NCBI GenBank assembly: GCA_964187785.1
Contig: OZ076409.1
Coordinates: 68,264,001-68,328,000, forward strand
DNA length: 64,000 bases
Reading direction: 5' to 3'
DNA from: Amphiscolops sp. MND2022
Taxonomy: Eukaryota
Within the stretch, counting starts at the first letter, position 1. Each line of letters begins with the position of its first letter. The position numbers and the translations under genes are program-made. Below, one piece after another: positions 13,168 to 24,614 of this stretch. The notes below the pieces were generated by a model. The model did not search any database. It worked only from the letters and a program-made list of their open reading frames with translations, and was not told where the DNA came from.

Positions 13168-13605
13168 TTTTTAGTCGGGGCCTTTTCCTTTAAAAGAAAA
13201 AAAGCCCGAATATTACAGTGACTAGTTTTTTTAGTCGGCGCCTTTTCCTTTAAAAGGAAAAAAGCCCGACTATTACAGTGACTAGTGTTTTTTCGTCAGA
13301 AAACAGAATGTATGCGTATTGCACACGTGTTCTACAGAACTACTAAACCCCCTTTCGTGTACTCAATTTTTAACGTAAGATACAAAACCGGAAGGGACTA
13401 TAGGGTCTATTCTTTGATTTTTTTCGGCACTGTGCAACTTTTTTCGAATTTTTTTTGTCTCCAAAGGGTCTCACCTTCAAATTTTTTGATATTTTGCAAC
13501 AAACTGGACTTTCAGTTGCCCAAAGGGTCCCCTTTTTACAATTTTAAAAACTGCGTGCTTTTTGAGCCTTAGATATAGCGCAACTTTAGACGTTTCCGTC
13601 TTGTT
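13168..13605 (+). mobile_element. HINE-like element copy with a 60-bp tandemly duplicated 5' head
   Basis: ttagtcgg(g/c)gccttttcctttaaaa...aagcccga occurs at 13171 and 13231. The 3' end is gagccttagatatagcgcaactttagacgtttccgtcttgtt. Confidence 0.7.
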
Positions 13606-14159
13606 GCATCTGAAAGAAGCTATTATACTTTTGGAACACAAATGTTGTAATGTGAAATCTATAGGCTTTGTACCCTTAGAAGCCAGTGGTTAGCATAGCA
13701 ACTGCATGACAATCGATTTCACGTCTACACTTTCATCACTCTATAAAAATGACGAGTTACATTATGTATTTTAGAATATTTTAACTTAAGAGACTTTAAC
13801 TTCATATCACTACCGCTTCGAAATTTTCACTTGTTTCTTATCGAAGCCACAGTCGAAGTTACGAAATTGACAAACTTTTAGTAACGTAAGACGGAAATGA
13901 AAATATCAATATTTTAGGACACGTTTTTAGCCGTCGCAATTTAAAAAATAGGCCCCTGCGGAGCATAGTAATATTGCTGCTTTTAGGCTTTCATGTTCAA
14001 TGATAGAAGTATATCTGCAATAACTAAACACTCTTGTTTAATCTTTATATATCGCGCATTTATTCAATGTAGTCAATTTACACCACCTTTGATTCTTCTC
14101 TCACTAAAGAAAAAATGAAAATTGAGCGTTGACGATGTTCCGCTTTTGCATTGAAGTTC

Positions 14160-14395
14160 CAAAAAGCCCAAAGGGTTTCTTTTGAATTTTCGGCACTATG
14201 AGACCTTTCCAAAGTTCACATTTTTTCATTTTTTCGAAATTTTTTATTGTCTCAGAAGGGTCTCCTTTCAATTTTTTCGATATTTTGCAACAAACTGGAC
14301 TTTCAAAAATCTAAAATCCCCACTTTTACAATTTTAAAAACTTTGCGCTCTTTGAGCCTTAGATATAGCGCCCCTTTAGACGTTCCCATCTTGTT
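14160..14395 (+). mobile_element. 5'-truncated HINE-like copy
   Basis: 3' end gagccttagatatagcgcccctttagacgttcccatcttgtt matches 2797-2839. Confidence 0.65.
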
Positions 14396-16268
14396 TATTA
14401 TTAACTTTAGTTAGTTCCATGTTCCAGAAAAACAGTGTTTCTGGTTGATCCATTTCCGAAACTAACTTGCTAATTCTTACTTAGAAAAAAATTTGTGACT
14501 GTGAAACAAGAAGTTTTGTTTTGAGATCTCAGTGACAATGATTGGCAATGTGTTGCAAAATCAAAACAATCTCAAATAATTTTTTTTCGTATGCTTCAAC
14601 AGCTGAAATGATTTTGACATTTTCTCTTCCAGCACTTTTTGCGGTACGCTACTAGAAGTTCGTGCGTTCGAGCTTGCGAATATAGAGAACAGGCCAATAT
14701 ATAACCCCTTTGGATTTAAAAGAAAATGGCGGCTTTCTCTTATTCATAAGCCTGGTTTCCCCTATTTGCTAAAAGCCAGGAAAAGACGAACCCTTGTCGC
14801 AGGCTGCCTCCTCCGATGGTAACAGATACCAGGTTGCAGTAAACGATCTAGACAATATGCCCTGCCCCCGGAGTATTGCCACTATAGGCCGCATTGATCA
14901 TCAGTCTACGTTTAAAGACTTTTATAAACTTTCAACTCTTATGAACTGATCTGATGCCATTTTATATTTTAGGGACCGTAGGTTTACTTGCCTACTTGCG
15001 ACGTATATTCGCAATGACACTTTGATGCCTAACTCGCAAGATTTGGATATGATTTTAGATTACTTATTGATGTTCTGATATATACATATATTCATGTACA
15101 TATAAATGCTTATGCAATTTAAACCAGAATAGCTTGATGCTTTGATTTTCCGATAGAATGTAAAAGTCACAACATAAAAGCAACTGCAAAGTTGAAGGGA
15201 AACGCGTTCAAACTGTCCGCCACGGTGGTCCGTTCAAACCCGTAGTTCGTCAACTAATTAACCAATCATAGCGCAGTACTATTATATTCATTTAGTCTCA
15301 GCTAGTTATTTCGGATTGCTAGTCCACTACTGTAAATTATGAATACTACAACAAAAACAAAACATTATGAAGTGATCGAAAATGTAAAATGAAAGGCGTG
15401 CCGCCTTGTCGCTCCCCCAAATATTTGGTTCCCTTATGGCATGAATTGTTACTAAATCTAGTTTGTTGAGTGACGTAAGGATTTTCTGCCCGGAAGGGCA
15501 CTTTTCCTCAGTTGTAAGGTTTTGCATGATTTCATAATGACTCCAGGCCCCAGTGTCTACTTTCCCAACTTTGGCTTTATTTTTTATTTCAGTATAGTTA
15601 CTGCTGATATTATGCGTGTCATGTAATTCTGGATATGTAGACAAATATATATTGCCAATTTGAACAATCCTGACCTTTAGTACAGATTGAATTGTTGTTA
15701 CCAGCATAGATTTGCTTGTTACAGTCTCTAGTTCTGTTTGATAAATACAAAAGTTCAACGATATTTTGTTGCTTGGACAGAAACTCCTTCAATGCCTTCA
15801 GATAATTGGCTCCACTCAAATAACTTAAGCGTAATAATTTTCCAAAACAATTTTGGTTGAAAGCAAGAAATTTTTTTGGTAATAAACCTCCCCTCGCCCA
15901 CCAACAGTTAGCGCGAAAATTTTAATTCCAATCCAACCCCACCCCCTTTCCAGTATTAGCGATGAGTTGCAGTTAGTTATAAACACAACAATTTGATTGG
16001 TTGTTACTTTTGGTACTCCTGACTAAATGTGGTACCAAGCGATTTCTCCTTACTAAGTGTGGTCCCTATTTTATAGGTGTGGTCCCTGCATTGCTTGTCG
16101 GAATTTTTATTATTACGTCGTCAGCTATGTTCACATGCCCAGGGGCCCCTAAAATACTATGGCCATATATATGGTACCTCTTCCCTCCATAATGGCCCTA
16201 CATTTTAGCTCGCCCTTCATAATGGCAGTAATGGAAATATTTGAAAAAAACATTCAAATGACAGTAAT

Positions 16269-17709
16269 TCATTTCAAAAAATTATCATTTTTAGCATTTA
16301 TATCATTCACCATGTGAACCTCCCATAGAGTCTTGTTCACCATAAAAAGATATCTTGCTCGAAGTTGAGGGGGACATGCCACTGCGGTTGGGTGTCAAAA
16401 TCAGCTTTGCTCGACTGAAAAGTCTGTCAACTATGTTAGAGGTTGGCTTAATCCAGGTCAAATTCAAAACCTAGATGGCAGGTTTTACATGGGCTTCTAG
16501 TTGACTCTCAGACCAGGATTTTTTTGCCGGGAGAACTTCTTGAGCGGGCAAGTTGTTTTCAAAGGTTTTCAAAGCTGTTTTTTTTCTTCCGATAAACAAT
16601 CAAATCCCATCGATACACAACCAACCACCGCTTTCTCAAAAGCTTTTGAATGGACAATACTCGAATCAGATGATAGACAGTGTTTCATAATAGGAAACGA
16701 AGAAATCAGGGCAACGATTAAAATTCTAACCTCATACAAGGTTTTATTCTTATACAAATTGAGTTTCATTGTAACAGACTGATACTTTTGCAAAGGGAAG
16801 TGGTGAGCAAATTCTCCATGGTATTTGGCACAAGAGGAGCAATCTCAAGGTCTTGAACATCAATAAATGGTTTCAATTGTTCATATCGTTTCAGCATCAT
16901 AAATGCTGAAGACCACCGCATTGCGTTTTTAAGGATCGGGTTCATACAGTTTTTTGGCGAAGTTGAGCAGCATTTTTTAAACTGCCTAGTTTTTTCATAA
17001 GTTCGTTGATCTTGGAAACAAGTTCATCTCCAGCCGTTGCTGCCGATTACTGCTTAACAGCGAGAATAAGGCGATGACTGGCGCAACTTATCATAGTTAC
17101 TTCTAACAGATTCGCGAGGGCTTTATTGGTGTTCTCATTGTCGGCGACAATAAACTACGCACTCTCCACATTTCGGCCAAAAACAAGTAAAGTCGCATCG
17201 ATAACATCACGCATACTTGAGGCACCAAGAAGGTCGTATTCGTTCAATAATGGGGCTATAACTAGCAACGGGCATTAATAATTTTCGGCAGAGTTTTTGT
17301 AACAAGCAAATATGGCTAAATAATGAGTTTTCCTATGAGTCCAGCCATCAATAATAAGGCCTATATTCTTCGGAAGACCCGCCGATATTTTCTTTTCAAC
17401 TGCAACACTTAATAATCCCATGATCTTTTGCAGGGTGTCATCTGAAATATGCTGTAAGTTGGAATATTTTCTGACCAACGTTGTCTCGGGGAAATCAACG
17501 GGATGGTTGTCCATAATTACCCATTCTAACAACGGTAAAACGTTTTTTGCCTTGCTGGAAACTTGAGTAAACTTGCTTGTGTTTTTCTCAGTTTCATTTA
17601 GAAATTCGATTCTGTAATTCGGATGTGCAGAATAAATATGGCTCATAGGATTCGAACATCCCTTTCCGACATTTTGAATTCCTTGTAATGTAATCCATTG
17701 TAAGTCCAT
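16269..17709 (-). pseudogene. hAT-family DNA transposase pseudogene (5'-truncated)
   Basis: Minus-strand motifs across frames: LIIDGWT (first D), FIVADNENTN (second D), CASHRLILAV, NAMRWSS, and WIKPTSNIVDRLFSRAK (hAT dimerisation region). Contains stops and frameshifts. Confidence 0.85.
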
Positions 17710-20700
17710 TTTTACGAAGAGCGATTTGCAAGAAAATTGTGGGGCCTAGTTAAGTGGTGATCAGGGACATGATTGCGGGAGAACGCTATGTTGATTACAA
17801 TAAAAAACCCTTGAATTTGCTTGGCTACCAATTCGTACGACTTGAAGTTGCAGGAGTAACCATATCAAAAGCACGAGTCCTAGTAGCACCCAACTCAGGA
17901 AAATCCATAGTGGGCCGTGATTGGCTAGTTGCTCCCCGCTACAAAACTACCCAGTCGATAGAAAGAGGTGAGTGGTGTAAAATAAATAAACAAAGTTTTA
18001 AGTGTGAAGAATCATTTAATCAGATAAGCCCTGAGAAAAGACTAAACCCCGAGGTTCAGCAATTAGTGAGGAAAGTTCCAAATTTGTTCAACCGGAAAGG
18101 ACGAGTGAAGAATGACAAAATTAAAATTAAAATGAAAGATGACGCGAGAATTTCGCAGCAAAAGGGACGCCGTATTCCCATCCAACTACAAAATCAAGTG
18201 GATAATGAAATTGAAAAGTTTTTAAAGGAGGGACATTTTGAGAAAGTCGACAAAATTCAAGATAACGTATTTATTCAGCCGACGGTAATAACTGTGAAAA
18301 TAGATAAGTCTGTGAAAATTGCCTAAGACGCGAGGGCGCTAAAACAATCTATAGCAAATACAAATACCAAAAGCCTAATGTAGATAATTTAATTTACATG
18401 ATTGCGGAGAAATTAGATGAAAAAGATGGGGAGGCGTGGTATTCGTCAGTTGACATGACGTACGCGTATGGGCAAATTCCATTGCAAGAATTAACAAAAA
18501 GACATGGTAGTTTTCAAATCGTGGGAGGAAAATCAACAGGCACGTACCGATTCACAACGGGATTATACGGCCTAACTCTAATGCCAACAAGATTTCAAAA
18601 ATTAATGGAACTGACTTTAGCAAATCTAAATAGTGTACTTGTATATAGACGATGTAATAATTGTAACAAAAGGAACTAAGCAAGAACACTTGAATAAAGT
18701 GAGGGAAGTAATAAAAATTCTGGACGAAGCGAATATACAGCTAAAGGCAGTGAAGAAGTGCATAATTGCGCAAGAAAGTATTGAATGGTTGCGATATAAA
18801 ATGACGAGAACGGGCATATCCCCAGTTAATGCAAAAGCCCAGGGAATAGGCGATAGATTGAGACCGAATAATTTGAAGCATCTGCGGTCTTTCCTTGGAG
18901 CGGTAAATCAATTCAACAAATTTATACCGAAATTAGCTAGTATTAGTTTCCCCTTTAGAACAATTTTCAAGAAAGATGCAGAGTGCATTTGGAACAACGA
19001 GCACGAAAAAGCGTTTGTAAAAAAACACGATGAAATAAAAAGAATAGTAGAATTGTCATATTTTAAAAGGAACCAAGAAATACGAATTATTTGCGATGCT
19101 AGCAAACAAGGTCTAGGTGCAGTTTTACAACAAAGCCAGGCAAACGGAGAATGGAAACCAATTTGTTTTTCATCTAGTTTTTTAACCAATTTTGAAGTCA
19201 AATATTCTATTAACGAGTTAGAACTTTTAGCGATAGTTTGGTCGGTAGAACATTTTAGAAATTATGTATATGGTGTACAGTTTAAAATAGTTTTGGACCA
19301 CAAAGCGCTAGCATCAGTAATAAAATCAAAAAGGGGAAATAAAACATTTTTAGTAGACTGACACGCTGGGTGGATAGATTGCTGCCATTTGCTTTTCAGG
19401 TAGTACATGTGGCATGGAGAACGCTAGGAATGGCAGGTTATCTGTCAAGGCAGCCCACGGAATTATACGGATCCACCATCAATAGCGTAATTATTGTAAA
19501 TAATGTTTTGGGTTGCAGTGAAGCGAGCAGCGAGCAAAGAAATCCGGCGGAGAGTGCGAGCGAAGAGATTAGCATCAATCTAATGAATCAAGCAGGCCGT
19601 CAACAGCCAATCAAATTGCAGAACGAACGCAATTCGTGGGAACCAAATAAGCGTCATTGTGGTAAAAGTGTACAGAAACGTAAGATGAGTCAAAGTCCAT
19701 CGATTAAACAATTAAACGAAAAGTTGTTGCCAGCGAATTATTGCGCTGACAAATTGATACAACGGGTTATCCGCCTAGTTAAAAATTACAACAAAACAGG
19801 AGTCACCCGGCTACCAACCCCCTGGAGGGAAAAAGTTCAAACGTTTTCACTCGACGAACGCGGTTTCCTTTACACGGACAATCGCCTAGTTATTCCGCAG
19901 GCCATGAGGGCCATGATAATGTGCTGCCAACATTATGGCCATCCCGGCCGGGACGCCATGCCGGCGATAGTTGAGGATATTTGGTGGCCTCGCATCCACC
20001 GAGAGGTCATTGATCAAGCAAGGTTGTGTGAGCAGTGCTTACAGTCAGGTAAGAATTTAAAAAACATGCTAAAGCAAAAACAAATAGAAAAACTACCGGA
20101 CGTAAAGGAATCGAACGTGGAGGGACCACTCGATTTCGCGGGACCGTTCCAAAATGCGAAAAAAGGAAAGAAATATTTGCTAGTGTCAATAGATCATTTT
20201 TCAGGATGGCCGGACGCAAAATTTTTACATCGCCCGACAACGAAAAAAGTGATTGAATTTTTAAAACAATATTGCGCACAGTATGGAGTACATGAGAAAA
20301 TACGAGCGGACCCTTGCACAGTGTTTGTAAGTGAGCAATTCACACAGTTTTGCAAACAATTCGGAATAGAGCATATAAAGTGTCCTATTAGAGATCAGAG
20401 GGGCAACGGGAAAGTAGAACAGCTAATTAGAACGATAAACGAACAACTCCGAACAACTAAACGAGATATTTTAACTAAGGATAAGACCGGATTGTCTGAG
20501 ATTCTGTACTCGCTGAGATTTAGTAAGAAAATGGACGGAAAGTCGCCGTTCGAAAAACAAATGGGAAAAGAGCCAAACACGGTGAAATCGAATTTAGTAG
20601 AAAGGTATCTGGATTTATCAGCCCAAGATAATAGAGTGGAGTTTCAACAAGCGGACTTCCAAGACGAATGCGACTCAACGGTCTTAGTGCGTGAAAGATC

Positions 20701-21637
20701 AAAAGGATCTAAATTGGAACCCGTGCCTGCTAGAAAGACCATCTTTCTTTTCCAGAAAGGAAAAGTACAAGAGACAGCACACACCATCGCAGTTCTGCCA
20801 GAAGCCGCAAAACACGCAAAGGTATTCTCCAAAAGAGACATAATGCAGGCGTCCAAAGAGCAAAAGGACAAACTCAAGAAGGCAAGAAAACGGGCGATAA
20901 TCGAGGACTCATCGAGTTCAAGTGAGTTGGAGACATCAGCATAAAGAAAGGGAAAGAAGACAAAGTGGGGAAAGTCACTTCCCCCGAAAGTGAACACAAA
21001 GTGGGGAAAGGCACCGACTCCAGAGATGGCTTTCGACCTAGAGAACGAGACGCAACCCTCCATCATCGATATTACCTCAACTATCGAAACAAACGAAAAG
21101 GCGCCAAAAGAGGCAACCCCGCCAAAACAAGAGGAAGCGTCAAAAGAAGAAACAGGCCCATATGATGCAATCCCGATAAAAGCCACGACATCGTGGCAGG
21201 TGGAGAAAAAGGGGCCCATACGATACTCGGAAAAAAAACTTGTGCCTCCAAAACGTTGTGGGATCGATCTGGTCACTGAAGAGACGGAAGGGCCCGAGGA
21301 AGAAGTTAATTAGCTAGCCGCCAGGGCAATCAAGAGACAGTAAAACGATTTTAATTTATGTGTAATTTTGAGTTAATCTACAGTTACATGAATACATTAA
21401 CTACATTTGTTTTAATCTTCGTTGCTACCCAAAAAGGACGAATGTGATAGAGCGATTGAAATGACGCAACCTATTTGTAAACAACTACTGGTATAAAGTG
21501 TATCAAGTTTGAAATTGTCTTGCTTCATTGCGAAAGCCTTTGTTAAAACGAGACAGTCTATTAATATAAATTCATCGTTCATCAGTTTACATTCATTCCT
21601 TCATTTCGTTTTACATTTATTGAGTTCCACGTCAACA
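17704..21637 (+). mobile_element. Gypsy LTR retrotransposon B, 5'-truncated and decayed pol, probable 3' LTR from 21443
   Basis: Protease C-half (IVGRDW), RT (YIDDVII), RNase H (CDASKQGLG, ELELLAI), integrase (HPGRD, CEQC, LDFAGP, GNGKVE). A purine run AAAAAGGACGAA precedes TG at 21443. LTR end uncertain (21584 or ~21637). Confidence 0.85.
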
Positions 21638-22456
21638 ATGAACTAGATTCCATCAATTTGTGTTCAGGGTAAGCGAGTATTACCAACTTCCAATTCTGCA
21701 AAAGGTAAAACTTGAGTTTATATGATATGATCTCCTCAATGAGTTTAACCTGCTTCAGTTTTAGTTTTTGATTTTCAAAAGGTAGCAAAACACATCCAAA
21801 CCTACCTTGTTTTGTTTTCAGAGCGTCTTCGAACGATTTTGATGAAAAACGACAAAATCAATAGGTGTTTCTCATTTGGTAGCAGTGACTTTGGCTTTTT
21901 GAAACTGAGCTGCTGGATGTTGGTTGAAAGAATCAACTAGATAGATAGGCTCTGGAACGGTATCGTGTTACACAAGGTTTGATGTAGTTCAATCCAGCTC
22001 GAAAAACAGTCCTTAAAACTACAATTTTAGAATCACCGAGAGGGATGTAGGCCTAAAAGTTCTGTGAGAAACTTGAACAGATAGAAATCACAGACTAAAG
22101 TATTTTCTCCATAGTCTGTATCTGTATGGTTATCGTGTCATAAAGTGCATCCTTGAATCAATGACCAGTGTGACAATCGATAATGAAAGGGTTGACTGAA
22201 AAACGCTTTTTCAAAGCTATCATTTTTTAAAGAAAAATTTTGTCTTGCTATGATGGGTGCTGGGGTTTGTAGTTTTATATTATTCGCTGTGGCAATTGAA
22301 TGAGAAAGTTGTAAATAATGGCTGATCGGAGATGTCTGTTACTAACTTGTTTTGAACGTTTCAGAGCAGACGTACCGTTTAAATCTATCGTGAATCACTT
22401 ACTCACAAAGCTCTCTGCTTAATTATTTGTTCATGCTCATTCATAGTCCTACCAAG

Positions 22457-23718
22457 TGTCAGAACGTGTCGACGTCTCTGGGTTTGATACGTCTCTACTG
22501 TTCTCTTCCCTACTGTTGGTTATTTTATCAGTAAGGGCTCTCACAATACTTGTAAGTTCTCCAATTTGACGATTCATTTCTAGGAAACGTTGTTCGATCC
22601 TGTGTTTTTCATGATCCCTTTCTATGGATCTCGCGTCACTTTCAATATCATTGTTGGAATTAGTTTCGATGTAATGATCCGCTACACTCATTTCGTCATA
22701 TTCGTCAGAGTGTCTATCTATATCAGTCTGTTCAAATCTGCTTTCTCTATTGTATCTTGATCGAGTATTCACCACTGTCGAAGATGTTAAAGTTTTAATA
22801 ATTTGAATTGAAGGAAGTAATTTTAAAGTAATGAACTTTGCAAAGTGCTCTCACAGTACGTCTGTATCTCACGGTAACAAATTTTTTCTCTCTCAATTTC
22901 TCTATCGCAATAGGACCTTCAAACTTGTTACTTGCGCTTGATTGTTTGCGTCTCTCCCACTCAACTCATTTTGGCTAACCTGCTTTTATCACCTCATGGT
23001 ACATTACGGGACTGGTCACTTCAGTCGTCGCTAATTACCATTGAAATCTTTATATTTCTGTTCCCGCACCAGCTTGTATCATTGATCTCATATCACAGCA
23101 CGTACTAATTTACAACTAATGATCAAAATGGTCAAGCAAATTTACTTGTAGTATTTTCCCAATTAACAATTTCAGCACACTAATCACAAATGACGACTAA
23201 TGTTCAAAGTCGTTGTTGGTAATTTTATACTATAGGTCAACTAAATGACTGTATATGAACTAAACAATGCTCTAGTAACGGAACTATCAATGATTTAGGT
23301 ATGAAGAACTGCATGTACATATGGGTAAAAAGTACGACTAGAAATGCTAGTCGTTTACATGAATGAATAATGTATTTCGCTAAAAGGTTACTAAATTCGA
23401 CTATATGTTTTCGTCGTTACTGTGAATCAGGTGAATGGAGCGTATTTATGTACTTTACAAAGCATGAGGTTAAAATGCACTGTAGATTTTTGTTTTAGCT
23501 GTTTTTGGTTTGTGGTTGGAACGACTAATAGTATTGGTCGTTGTTTAGCACAATTTTGTATTTCGCAGCACAGGTGAAATTGGAGTGACGACTGAACGAT
23601 ACAGTCGTCCATTATATGAGTTTACATGTATTCTAAAATGTTTTATAGTTGAATGGTTTGGGTAATTGATGATGACTTCATTCTTCAGTTGTTGTATTTC
23701 ATACCATCCGGTATGACA
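22457..23718 (-). repeat. 3' LTR of Gypsy C (1262 bp)
   Basis: Direct repeat of 36509-37772. PPT AAAGAGGCGGAG (minus, 23719-23730). Confidence 0.95.
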
Positions 23719-24614
23719 CTCCGCCTCTTTGAAAAAGAAGCAAGTGGGCGGGAAAACGGAGGGAGTTCAGGTGTGGCAAGCATTTGTGTTTATTGTAAGT
23801 GGCGGTTAAAAGGTTGGTCACCTTTTTCACTGGTTGGTTTATGGATCTCGAGTTTAGACTGGTATAAATAGTCGTCGTGAGTTGCAATCAGTTATAAGTT
23901 TACTCTCGGATAGGTGGAAGCAGAGTTGATCCGTGACGTCACTTGCATCGTAGTGTTGTGGAGTGGAAGTAAAAAGTTCGGAGTGGAAATCAGTATGCCA
24001 CCTCATCCGGTCTTGCGCTGGTAAGAGGAAATGTCGTGCTGAGTAAATAGTGAGAGAGCCATAACCGCGGCAGTCGGCTTTTGCTCGGTAATGTAAACAC
24101 GTTCGATGCAGTGAGTCGTTTCTTTCGTTTTCCATTTTCGTTACTCGTGTTTGTGTAAACTCTTCATAACCGCAGCATTTGGTTGTGCATTGTATAATTG
24201 TTAGTATCAGCTGTGTTATTCACAAATCGTTTTTCTCGCGTTCCATATTGCTGTTTCATTATTCTTGTGATTATTGGCTTTTGATTGTTCCCGTTATCAA
24301 CTTTATCCTCTCATCACTTTTGTTTCTCGGAGGCTGAGGTCGAATATGTTCCGGTCTGAAGGGTTTTAATGAATGGTTAAGAACATAAGTAGAAAAAACG
24401 ACTACAATGATCAGAGGTAATTAGACTCTGTTGACATTTCTCATTGGGGTGATTTCCACTCTCGGTACCATACATGACGGTAACTTTTGAGTAATAAATA
24501 GTGTTGGCAATTCAAATAAAATGTAGTTGATCAGGCCACATATTCGGTTTCACCAACGTTGAAGTATTGAGTCGTCGTTCTTCTATTTTGGAACTTATCC
24601 CTTTGTACCATCGT

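Noticed and set aside
15327..15819. Possible host exon(s) on the minus strand
   Set aside because: No recognisable domain or consistent splice pattern, so no call can be supported.
16000..16240. TGTGGTCCC/TAATGGC short repeats and CAGGGGCCCC as a hAT terminus
   Set aside because: Plausible subterminal repeats, but the partner end is deleted, so TIR and TSD cannot be verified.
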